Shown here piece by piece: positions 27,649 to 39,500 of a stretch of 64,000 bases of DNA. Both the position numbers and the translations under genes were made by a program. Origin of the DNA: Barthelona sp. PCE (Eukaryota); NCBI GenBank assembly GCA_040285745.1, contig JAUFOR010000001.1, forward strand, positions 1,178,001 to 1,242,000. The letters are read 5' to 3'. The notes under the pieces are model-generated. The model did no database searches and was not told the DNA's origin. It worked only from the letters and a program-made list of their open reading frames with translations. Positions within the stretch are counted from its first letter, which is position 1, and each line of letters begins with the position of its first letter.

Positions 27649-30357
27649 ATGTCGAATATTCTCATTCCATTTCGACAAATGGGCGCTGTCTGCGAGGGTG
27701 TAAAGCCTGCAGTCGCAGAACTGGGTCAGGAACTTTTTATCACTGTTTCAGTGGGTAACACTTGGCAAACGTACAGCTCAGAGAACTTACGCGTGATGGG
27801 CCTCGGTTGCGAACACCAGTATCCGGTTGAATGTCTTGAAGTCTTTAGAGAAGTCGTTTTTTCTTCTTGTGGAAATCAACTTTATGCTTTTCACAAAAAA
27901 TTCGGTAAGAAACAGCTGAAGGTCAGCTCAAGCAGCATCCGCCAATTACTTCGTTTAGGTGATGTTTTGTTCGTTTTACATGATAACATGGATTTACTGT
28001 TATTTGAAGTCCATGATGTATTTCGTACTGAAGATATCACTCCATTCAAAACAGTAACTCTTGCCGAGTTCGGGTTAGATGTTTTAGAGATGATTCATCC
28101 ACCTTCTTATGTTAACAAACTTGTTTTACGCACTAAAGATTCTGTAGTTATCTATAACTTTAATATTAATGTTGTTATTCATACATTTGACATGGAGGTT
28201 ACTGGGTTCTGGCTCACCGAACACCCTGATGTTTTGGCTTTTGCCAATGAAGATCATCAGTTAAGGTTTATGAATATCAAATTTGGTGAAACTTTGTTTG
28301 AATTTCAACTTAATGCTCGTATTACAAGCGCTTGTTATGACACAAGTGGCCGTAGTTCATTCTTTGTTGGTCTAGAAACCGGTGATATTGTCATGCTTAA
28401 CCTAGAAGATCAGTTGGTCGTTTCAAAGACTAACTGTCATGAAGGTACAGTTGTTGCACTAGTTTTTTTCCATACACGTTCCCTGTTGGTATCAATCAGT
28501 GATGATAACTCTATTAAAGAATTTTTATTGGAATCTCAGTCAAACTTCCCTCGTCTTTATAGATCTCGTATAGGTCAGTGTTCACCTTTACAAACCGTAT
28601 CTTTCCTTCAACATGATGACCCAACACGAGTAATCACCAGTGATGGATCTGGTCGTATTGTATCTCAAAGTACACATCGTGATCATCAAGTTTTTGCTTT
28701 CTCTACTCGACTTGATAAAAAAACACATGTTGCTGCGATTGGTAAAACAGCAAAATTGCACTCTGAATTTAAGGTTCCTCCTGCTCGTCATATTGCTCCT
28801 CTTCATTTGCAACATAAAAGATGGCGTAACATAGCATCTATTCATTATGGTGAAGATGCTGATAAAGTATTGTTTTGGGCACACGAACGCAATGGCAGAC
28901 TTGATCAAAACCATATTATTTCATCTGATGAATCAAGATACACAGCTATTGCTTTTAGTAATGCTGGTACTCAACTTGTTGCTGCAACCGAATCAGGACT
29001 AGTTGATGTATACGATCCTGAATCTTTACTTAAAAGATGTTCTTTCAATGTTAATGAGAGTGTTGTTGCGGTTGATGTAGATATACATGATGCTTTTTTG
29101 TTTGTTGTAACTGTGAGCACTCTGTACAAGTTTTCTCTGGTTGAAGAGGTTCTTTTCGCTTCCCACTCATTAGGTGCAGTTTCTTGTGCAGCATTTAACA
29201 AGGCACGATCACTTTTAACAGTTGGTACAGAATTTGGATCAGTTCAAGTATTTTCACTTAAGAAGTGGTGTAGTGTACGTGAATTCGAACCATGTTTTGA
29301 TTCAAATACACCATTTACAGCAATTACATTTATGGAAGTCAAAAATCATCTTTACAAGAATTCAGTTTTTGTTTTAGCTGCTGGAATGGATCGTACTATG
29401 CGTATTTATGACGTTATTTCCAACTGTTGTGTTGATGCGCTAAGATTTGATACTGATTCAACATGCACGGGCTTATCTGTATCTAGTGATGGTCAGTATA
29501 TTGTTACAATTCACACAAACTCACACTATGCGTATCTATGGACGAATCAAATGAGCTACAGAGGCGTAGCACTTCAAAGATGTACTGAACCACGTGATGT
29601 TCAATTGCCCAGTCATCCGGCTTTTGATAGTAAGGCTGCAGATTTGGATTTTGATAATATGAACACAGTATTAGATTTTAAAGGACAAGCTGAACGTGGA
29701 AAAATTAAAGATGGTCTTTTGCATTTCTCTGGTAATGATAAGATCTCACATGTTGTTGATACAGTAATTAATCTTTCTGATCGTCAAGAAAAAGTTGAAA
29801 CTGAAACAAATACACAGTTACCATTTTTCCTTAAGACGGATTTACGCACTGGTCGTATCGATGAGGAAGCTACAAAACAGGCCAATGATATGGTTGAAGT
29901 TGAGGAGGAGGACGAATGGATTACTGTTAGTGATTTATTGAGATTGGTACGACAATCTGGTTTGACACAGTTAAAGATTGAAGAATTATCTGAGTTAGAA
30001 ATAGGTTCTGATGTAGTACCGGTTGAAGTGATTTCGTATATTAAGAAAATGACTCCAGCACGTATTGATAGTTTTGTTCATGAAATGTCAACTACTAAGG
30101 ATGGTGCAGAAGATGATAGCCAGTTAATTGATCATTTAAAACTGTTTATTGCTCTTATAGCAACACAGGTTACACATGTTGAGTTATATCTTACCATTAC
30201 AGCACATTGGTTCAAGGCACATTCAATGAATGTTTATGAAACTGAAGAAGTACATGATTTAGTACGTGTATTGAATGATAAGCTCGCTTTACACCGATCC
30301 AGCCTCACAGAGAGAGTGAGAGAAATTACAGCATCAATTACAAGCATTGTTTTCTAA
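27649..30357 (+). CDS. UTP21: U3 snoRNP-associated WD40 protein Utp21/WDR36
   Basis: N-terminal PFRQMG...ITVSVGNTWQTY, DNSIKEF..PRLYRSR, WD40 repeats and C-terminal LPFFL; 902 aa. Confidence 0.85.
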   Translation: MSNILIPFRQMGAVCEGVKPAVAELGQELFITVSVGNTWQTYSSENLRVMGLGCEHQYPVECLEVFREVVFSSCGNQLYAFHKKFGKKQLKVSSSSIRQLLRLGDVLFVLHDNMDLLLFEVHDVFRTEDITPFKTVTLAEFGLDVLEMIHPPSYVNKLVLRTKDSVVIYNFNINVVIHTFDMEVTGFWLTEHPDVLAFANEDHQLRFMNIKFGETLFEFQLNARITSACYDTSGRSSFFVGLETGDIVMLNLEDQLVVSKTNCHEGTVVALVFFHTRSLLVSISDDNSIKEFLLESQSNFPRLYRSRIGQCSPLQTVSFLQHDDPTRVITSDGSGRIVSQSTHRDHQVFAFSTRLDKKTHVAAIGKTAKLHSEFKVPPARHIAPLHLQHKRWRNIASIHYGEDADKVLFWAHERNGRLDQNHIISSDESRYTAIAFSNAGTQLVAATESGLVDVYDPESLLKRCSFNVNESVVAVDVDIHDAFLFVVTVSTLYKFSLVEEVLFASHSLGAVSCAAFNKARSLLTVGTEFGSVQVFSLKKWCSVREFEPCFDSNTPFTAITFMEVKNHLYKNSVFVLAAGMDRTMRIYDVISNCCVDALRFDTDSTCTGLSVSSDGQYIVTIHTNSHYAYLWTNQMSYRGVALQRCTEPRDVQLPSHPAFDSKAADLDFDNMNTVLDFKGQAERGKIKDGLLHFSGNDKISHVVDTVINLSDRQEKVETETNTQLPFFLKTDLRTGRIDEEATKQANDMVEVEEEDEWITVSDLLRLVRQSGLTQLKIEELSELEIGSDVVPVEVISYIKKMTPARIDSFVHEMSTTKDGAEDDSQLIDHLKLFIALIATQVTHVELYLTITAHWFKAHSMNVYETEEVHDLVRVLNDKLALHRSSLTERVREITASITSIVF

Positions 30358-30550
30358 TGCAGGCAAACCTAATAAAATTAGTTGAGATTTGCGGCGTTCT
30401 CCCCTGCCAACAGCCTTGTTAGTTACGGAATTCCATGTTGGACCCATTTAAAAAGGTTTTGGGCCAGTTTACTATTCAACATTTTTTGTATATTTGTTTC
30501 TTCTCTTTTTCCAGTTCTATTCTATTGCATTTCGCTGCATTAACAGTTTA

Positions 30551-33500
30551 ATGATCCCGACAACGGCAATCATTAGCGATTCTGAGAGTGCTCAGTTAGT
30601 TAATAGCTTAACTGGTTCTTCTTTGATGAATACAAATACAACTAACATCATCCAGCAACGCTCTGAGCCACAAGCACCCATCTTTGCTGGACCTGATGTT
30701 TCTAACAAACAAGATATTTTCAGCTTTGTTGAGTATGCAACTGAGTCGGATAAGGTTCATACCGTTCTGACTAAGGTCACATCTCTCTGTGACGATTATT
30801 GTTCGCATTTCTCTTGTTATGATGATATCCTTCAGAAGCGTGTATATGCAATGACGAAGCATTACTCTTCTAAAGTTGATGCAATCATGAAAGCTTCCAA
30901 CCAGGGCTTCTCTCAAATGACTTTTGATGAAGAAGAAGCCAAGAACACAACTAATCTTGCATTAAAGATTGCTTTATCAATGCATCTTGATGTTTGTATG
31001 ATGGTTAGTGAAACTCACCCTGATATTTTCTTGCAACTCATTGATCAGGCAATCAAAACGTTATCATTAACTAATGAATTCCTCTATAAGTACGATTCTC
31101 ATTTGATTGATTCTTATATTGGTACTTTCCGTCATGGTATGACTATTGGACGACGTGATATCACTACTAAGTGTTTTGTTGGTCTTGTTGTTGTTACTTT
31201 TTCTGCTAAACGTTTATCTGTTTTGATGAATTTACTTCACTCTATCGATAGTTATGATATTGATGTTGAAGAAGTTCGTGCAAATGTGAATCAGTTCATC
31301 AATCATTTTAATGGTATTGTACATGATACAATCGATTTACCATTGGAATTTGAAAAGTTTTTCAACCCCAATCCTTTAGAAAGTATTAGTATCAAAGGAG
31401 ATATTTTATCTGTATCTAGTACTCATGATTCAGCTTTAGTTCTCACTAAAACTGAACTTATTAGTGAACCACTTAGTTTAGGTTCAACTGAATCAAAGAA
31501 ATTACAACTCAATCAGCCAATCTCAGACGGTTCCATTGCTTTTGTTGATGAACGTATTTTCTTGTTAACTACAGAATTTGGTAATGTTGTTACAGATCCC
31601 CTTTTTGAAGGTGTGGGTCGTTGTATTCTTGTTTTTACTAAAGATTTAGTTTATGAACGTTTCTTTCATTTAAATCATTCAACAAATTATGGTAACCTCA
31701 CTACAAATGGTTTTGACCTGTTATTACCTATCCCTGATTCAATGGAGAAGATTAACCTCATGGTTGTTGATACAACATCAGGTGATCTTAGTCTTTTTAC
31801 AAAGACTGACCACAATGAACGCGCTGAAGTTATCTACTCTGTATGCGGTCACTACGTATTCAAGTTTGCTTCTTCTACTGAGGTCTTTACATGTAACTGT
31901 ATTGATCGTGAAGAGAGTAAGATGTTAGAAGTTGGGAAGTGCGGTGAGTACTCAAAACTCAACTCTGCAGTTTATTCCCCATACATTGGGCGTTTCATTG
32001 GTAATAATAACGGTACTATTACTGTTTTTACCAACACGAATTCGTATGTTCCGATTGCACCCTGTGCAACCAAGGATGTCTATCCCATGTATAATCCTCT
32101 TGATTTATTTTCTGAGGGTAAATTACATTCAATAATATTTGAAGGTGAAGCTAATACTCTGAAGATTAAAAATTCAATATTGGGTTTTATTTATCAGAAT
32201 ATTTCTGGACTTACATCTTATTGTCCACCTGAATATAAACGTTTATTTAAAACGCACTACACTTCACCATCCCTCTTTTCTCGTTATAGTGTTCCGGCTG
32301 GTTTTGAAATGTCACGTGATATGTTTAATGAACTCATTTCTATTCTTAGACTGGCTGTTGCTGATATTGAAGTTGGATTCACTGAAGATAAGTATGTTTA
32401 CTTATGGAATGCATTTGGTGTTTTGTCTGCCCATCTTTCAATTGTTAATTTATCTACAGGTCGTTTCAGATTCGGTAAAGGTGATGATATGATGACTGAA
32501 GAAGAGGAAAAGGTTATGATTGACAACATTTCGGATGTTTTGATGATGCTTATTGCGTTATCTGATGATAAATTCACAAATATTTCAACCGTAGCTGCTA
32601 ACTTATACGTTTCTATGGCTGAATATTTTGTTACCGATCTATCCAAGGCTTTATCATTGCTTGATGATAGCGGTTCAATAACAGTTGGTACAAGTATTCT
32701 ACTGAAGGGTGTCACCTCCAAGATTAAGAACAGTGGTCACGTTTCTTCTGTGGTGTTTAAACCTGAAAAATGGGAGGAACAATATCTGAATATTGTTATG
32801 AATGATAAATTCGATGATGCAATTGATGAATTCTTTACAAATAACCAATACAAACCTGCTGAAGATGAAGTTGTTAATGTTAAGACTGATTTGGATCTAT
32901 TCCTATCACAGCCTGCTTTTGAATCACTCAAAGATGTCTTTGTTCAAGATGTTTTCCTTCGTGTTTTTAAATTGCAGCAATTCATCGCTCAATCTCTGCG
33001 TAGTAATAATATCCAAGTTACTCCTGCTGATGTGCTCAAGAACAGTCGTTTGCCAGTTCTTTTTGGTCTCTGTTTGGAGTTGCAGTTTAACCGTTTTATC
33101 GATCAACTCAAGAGTGGTGTTGGTGCTGAAGATGTCAAGGATTCTCTTCCAATGTTTGTTACTGCACTCACTATGCACAACGCTCACTTTGTTCATTCAG
33201 TGTGTCCAAAGATTGATACTTACTACAGCGAATTATTAGAGTTATGGTCGAAGTTCTCAAATGAAAGCACAGCTTTATACAACGAACACTCTGACACGGT
33301 TGGTAAAGCCGTCACCATGTCTTTACTCGGTACTGAATCAGCAGAGACCACACACGAGTACGCAAATGATATGAACGAACAGTATGTTGTTACAATTCCT
33401 GGCGCTACAAGACTTGAAATTGAGCTTGATAGTCGCACTCATTTTGAGAATAACTATGATTACGTTCATATTTGGGAAGGTTCTGTTGATTCAGGTACAA

Positions 33501-36500
33501 ACCTTGCCAGTATTACAGATACCCCTAATAATTTTAATTATGTTGCCCAAGGTTCAACCGTAACATTCCATGTTACCAGTGATTCATCAGGAACATATTG
33601 GGGTTTTAAAGCAGACGTTAAAGGATATGGTTTTGTTAATGAAGCAAGCAGTATGGATTGGGTTTCCGATTTACATCGTCATCTTGTATATCTTCGTGCT
33701 GAATCACTTTCTTCTTTACTCACACGTGATAAGATAGATTATAATGAGAAAATCTTACCGTATATGAAATCACCTATTTTTTCCAATGGTGTTAAGAAAT
33801 CCTCTGGATTGCTTGTTGCTGTACCTTCTAGCTCATCTAAGAGTGTAATTATTGATGCTGCACACAATGCTGCAGCCAAACTAATTGACATGTTAAAAGC
33901 CGAAGAGTATGGATTATCCTTTGGTAAGGTGGATATGTCTGTTTTTAGTGAAACGCAGCTTTCTCTTATCGAGTATTGTCGTGGTCTTATTAAAAGAGGC
34001 GACATTGTGCAGCTTTCATTAGTTGTCCCGCATGTTGTTATTGCACTTTCCCATATTGCACTCGTTGCACACCATCTTTTTAACAACCCTATGAAGATGA
34101 TGTCTCTTGACAGTCATCTAAAGGGTACACCAACCGAAGATCCTTTGGTTAGTGGTCTACGTGAAATCCTTGAGCGAATTTTAAAGGGGGTCTCTGATAC
34201 AGTTACCTTGTTAAAGAAGAAGGATCCTAAGATGCGTGAGATGAGCAATGCTGATGTGTTCAAGACAGTTGCATATTCTGTATTTGAAAAGCTTGAATAT
34301 GCTCTTGAATTTGAGCCAGGATTCAGTGATCGTTCAGAAATTCCTTCATCTTTTAAGGTAAGTCCAACTCTTAATGCCAAATCATTTGGTGGTCCAAAGG
34401 AGATGGATGAGCAGTTTGGTCTCATGCGTCTGATCCAACGTTACTTCTTAACTTCTGTTAAGGATATTACACTTGATGATATTCGTAAGAGCGTTGATTA
34501 TCAGACGACATTCTGTGATGTACGTATTAATGTATTCGATGGTGTTCGTACATGGTTGCAATCAGATGCTTCTATTGCTGATAAGGTTGTTATCTTAAGA
34601 AGACTGATTGTAGGGATGTCATTACTCAGTGAAGAATACGGTCAATCTCGTGTTAAGGCTTTCCAGAAGGCCACTCGTGCCCAATCTAATCACATTATCA
34701 CAGTCAACAACCTTGATGAGTACGCTGTTTACGATTGTATTGTTAAGCAAGATAAGTTACTCAGCCACCGTGCTGCTATTTCTTATCGTCATTTGATTAT
34801 TCATCCTAATGACGCATTGGAGAACAGCTATAAGTCTTTGTTGGAGTGTGTCCTGGATCTTATTGTTCCATTTGCATCTAACGTTACACCTTCACAAATT
34901 TCACTCACTGGTACGGCCTTGAGTTTCATCATTACCCATTTGCGTAAGGCTGATTGGGAAGTGCTTTCCCGTGTTGACTTCATTAAGCGTCTTGCTGAAC
35001 TGAAGAAATCTGTTGGTATTGTTCTAAAGGGTATTGTTCCCAAGGAACACGCGGATTTCGCAAAGTTCAATATTGAGTATTTTGAGCTTAAAGATAACAA
35101 AAACCGTACAGATGATGAGGAGAAGCGTTACATTGAGCTCCGTGCTATGCGTCTTGAAGCAATGAGTAACCAAATCAAGCGTGTCGAGGATGTCTGCGAC
35201 GATGTTCAGTCATATTTGTTACTCAGTGCTCTGAAGGCCATTGATCGTCATGAATACTGTGTTTCAGTCATTGATCAATGTGTTCATGATCTCGTTTATA
35301 AGTTTGCTGCTATTCTTACACTTAACAAGTCAGATATCGCAACACAAACGCTTGATCATCTCAAGTTCATGTGTGAGACGCATATGGGCATTAATATTCG
35401 TGGAAAACTGGACAGTGCTGTCACTGCTTTGTTGGATGAAGTTAAACTTGATCGTTCAGGTTTTAAGAAGGATGTTCATCATGTTTTTAATATCGAATGG
35501 TCTAAACTTCTCTTCTTGATTTCTGATACTATTGTTGCTTATCCTGATGTTCCTGATGCAATGTTTAGATTCCCTGTTTTAATTTACATCGTTACTCAGG
35601 CTATCCCATACGTTGTCCCTGAACATCAACGTGTTTTAGGTCGTATTTGTGAGGGTATACTTCCCCATTACCCTGATCATCACTTGGAAGGCCTTGAACG
35701 TGAAGTTATTCTTGATACTTTATTCATTATGGCAAAAGCTTATAACGTTAGTGCGTATGGTGAATTTAGTGGTAAAATTAAATTTGTTTTGCCAAAACGA
35801 CGTTTCGAACACGATTCTTATGTTGTCGAAGATAGTTGGTCAATCATTAAGAATGCTCAATTGCGCAGTACTTTTGACCGTTCTTTGCACAGCGTTTCAC
35901 TCAATTTGTTACGTTATCTCGTTACTTTCGAGGACATTCAACGTAACAAGCGTAATAAGTTACGTGAAACACGTATTTCTACACGTCGTCGTCTTGGTGG
36001 TTCAATTCGTATGAGTAAGAGTGGACTTTCTATGTCTACAGTCTCTGCTAAGGGAGAATCTATCTCTCAATGGCGTGAAACATTCTTGGAAATGGCAAAC
36101 AATAATTTTGATACAAACCAAAATGTTAAATCATATAATGATAATACAAAGAGTGCACTTTATGCAGCTTATAAGAAATTTGCTAAGAATAAGAACAAGG
36201 ATGTTACCCTTAAGTTACTTCGTGGAGGTTATGTTGGTTCTCTTGAGACCATGCTGGAAATCCTTGGTGCAGAGATTCCCATTGTTAATGTTGGTGATGT
36301 TGTTACCGTTATTGAAACAAAGGGTGAAGACGTTACCAGTAACATTAGAGTGCATCGTTGGGATGGAGGTCACTCCCGTTTCATTGGTTTTAAGTCATTA
36401 ATTAAGCCTACGTCATACAATACTGTTCGCCCTGATTCTTCTTTGAGAAAGATGCTCGTCACTGAGGTTAATCGTCCTGTACCTGTTACATCTCTTCGTG

Positions 36501-39500
36501 TTCTTACACGTTGTGGTATTAGCTACGAAATGATGGGATCTATTCTATCTCAAGTTGAGAACCTGGATTTCTTCAAGTCTTTGCTTAAGCACAACTCTAA
36601 ATCAAGTTTACCTTTGTACAACCAGAACATTTCCACTGCAATGGTTGTTGTTGAGTTTTTGCGTGCTCGTTACATGGTTTTGAATTCTTTGTTTAACGCT
36701 CTTAAAGCAACACAAATGTCTGATGAAATTGGTGAAATTCCTGCTGAGATTATTGCTCGACTTTGTGAACTTGGTGGTACATCTCGTTACAAAGTGCCTG
36801 ATTCACTTCGTTCTGTGAAGTTATTACACTCTTTACGTATGATGGAGAACGAGATCTACTCAGCACTAACTTACTACTTCAGTCAAGAAGGTGGTGACCC
36901 TAAGAAACCATTATGTGCAGTCCCACAGGATTATAACACTCTGGTTGACGAGGGTGCTAAGGAGCTCAATACCACCGCACTCAATTCTGACCCTATTAAC
37001 TCGATGAGTGACGAAAAGTATCAGTTCACAGTACTTCATAACCTCATGACTGCCAACACCGTCACGCGTTCTTTACATGGTGTAGCCATTTATAATGTTG
37101 AAAAAGATGGTGAATGTCATCGTAGTAAGATTCACAATGCCAACACTTTCACAGTTGATAATTTCGCTTTGAAGCCATGTAATAACGGTTTGTACAACTA
37201 CAAAGTATTGGTTGAGTTGATTTCCAAGAACCCTGATACTATGTTTTCAGATAATTTCATTTGTTATCTCATGAATATGATTACAATGTATAACCAGAAT
37301 GGTGTTAATGATCATCCATTAAGCTCTTCAATTTGCGCAAAACATTACTGTCGTATAGCCAATTCTTTAGTGTCTACACTTGCTTTAAGTTGTGCTTCAA
37401 TCATTGTTGAACGTTACCCTTATCATGATGTATTTGTCAGGTCATCAAAGATATTTATAGATTTCTTGGGTGATTCGTTCACAATGGCTGCTACCCAAAA
37501 GTTTGCTATGTCATCTTTCTTATCAACTGTAGGATCTAAAACTATGCCAATTGTTTACAACTTTGGAATGTATAATGAGCATAACTCTTATACACAGGTT
37601 GAAAATATCGTAAACACCCTAATTCGTAGTATTCCTAGAAATGAGCATATCCCTGAGATTTTCACTCAACACATGAATAATTCCATCAATTCAAAGGGTG
37701 CAACTCAACAGATTGTTGAGTCTCCTCATCCCTATGAGAATTCAAGTGATTTTGAGCACGTTGTTGAAGTACGTGGTTGTGGAGGATTTATTATTACTTT
37801 TGATTCTCGTTGTGCAACTGAAAATGGCTGTGATTACTTGCAATTCTTTGTTGACAGCGGTAATGGTTGGGAGGAAAAACATAAAATTACTGGTCGAGTC
37901 GGTAATGAATGTTGGTCACAACCAATCCAAATTATTGGTCCAAAGTTCAAGTGGCGTTTTTATTCGGATTCCTCTGTTAATGATTGGGGTTATCTATTCT
38001 TTATCACACCAATTACAGCACCTTATCAACCTTCTATTGATAATTTCTTCTCTTGTGTTGGAGTTTTAGTCAGTACATACTTTAATTCCTTCATGATGAA
38101 TGATGATGTCGAGCAATCACAGCTTCAGAACTCTGTTATTGATTTATTGGGTTCTATTGGTCGTGAAAAACAACTTGATATTGTAAGAGATCGAACTTTA
38201 AGCAAAGATAATTTTCAAGTTATTCGTGATTTCTTTGGTGTTTTCTATTATCTTATCAATGAACAAGGTTTTGATTTTACAATGAATGTTTTCAATGAAT
38301 TAAATGTTTCAACTTTTGTTAAGAAACTTCCAAAGTTTACCGATCCAAAAGAAGGTTTCAATCCTCTTGTTATGGATATGATGCCTCCAATTTCCGTTAT
38401 GGATCTTGCTTTGAGTGCTCCGCAGGAGTTCCTTGAAAATTACACTAACGATCATAAAATTGACATTGAGTATTATAGATTATTGAGTACTATGTTCCAT
38501 TTTTACCGTGATTTCCAGTTTGGTATTGTCTCTGAAAAGAATTATCGAGAAATCTTTTCAGGAATTTCTTATTCAAGTAGCTATTATACTTTTGAGACTA
38601 CTCACAGCTACGAAAACTCATGTCGTTTCCGTATGCAGTTTAAAGAGCCTGATGTTGTTGGTTACGCAGTTTTGTTCGACAGTCGTTGTAAGACAGAGAA
38701 TAATTGTGATTACGTTATCTTCTCTGGCACTACTGAGGGTACTCGTGAACGTCCTTATGCTTATTCTGGTTCTGAGAACTCATTCCCCTTCATGATGATT
38801 GTTGAACGTGAGGAATTCTGGATGTTGTTTGAGTCCGATTCTAGTGGAAACGAATGGGGAGTTTCTTGTAGAGTCATTCCAATTTATAAGGAAAGCGTTG
38901 CCCCTGAGATTGATGAGGCCAAATATGATGAGTTCAAGAAGGTTAATGAAGAATTCTTCGCTTCTACTGCTCTTCAACGTTCTTTCACTAACCTAATTGA
39001 TGATATTGCTTCCAAGCTTTCTGTCAGTAGCGTTCTTGAACTTGAATTCATTCAATCTGTCGATCTTCCTAACCACACTGATGGTGGTTACTATGCTATT
39101 GATGGTAACCAACGAACTGAGCATGAATCGCTCGTTACACGTCGTTCTACATTCATTGCAGATAACGTATTGCAGTCTTGTATGCGTAACTATCCAATTT
39201 TGGCCGAATACACTCGTGAACAGCTTCATTATCGCTTCCTTACTTACCGTCATTTCTTCTTCTGCCTTATGCCTCTCCTTCGTTTCAAGGGTACAGTAGA
39301 TATGTCAAAGGTGGGTAAGACCAGCCCCATGTTGCGTTACAACGTATACGATATTTTGCAAATTCTTGCTCAGAATTCTTGCACACTTACTTACTCTATC
39401 AAACGTTCGCTTCTTATGGGAGAACTAGGTTCTTTACCAAAGGGTGAATACAAGAGCATTTCACTGTCTCGTGCAATGGGTGCTAAGCCGATTTTCTATC

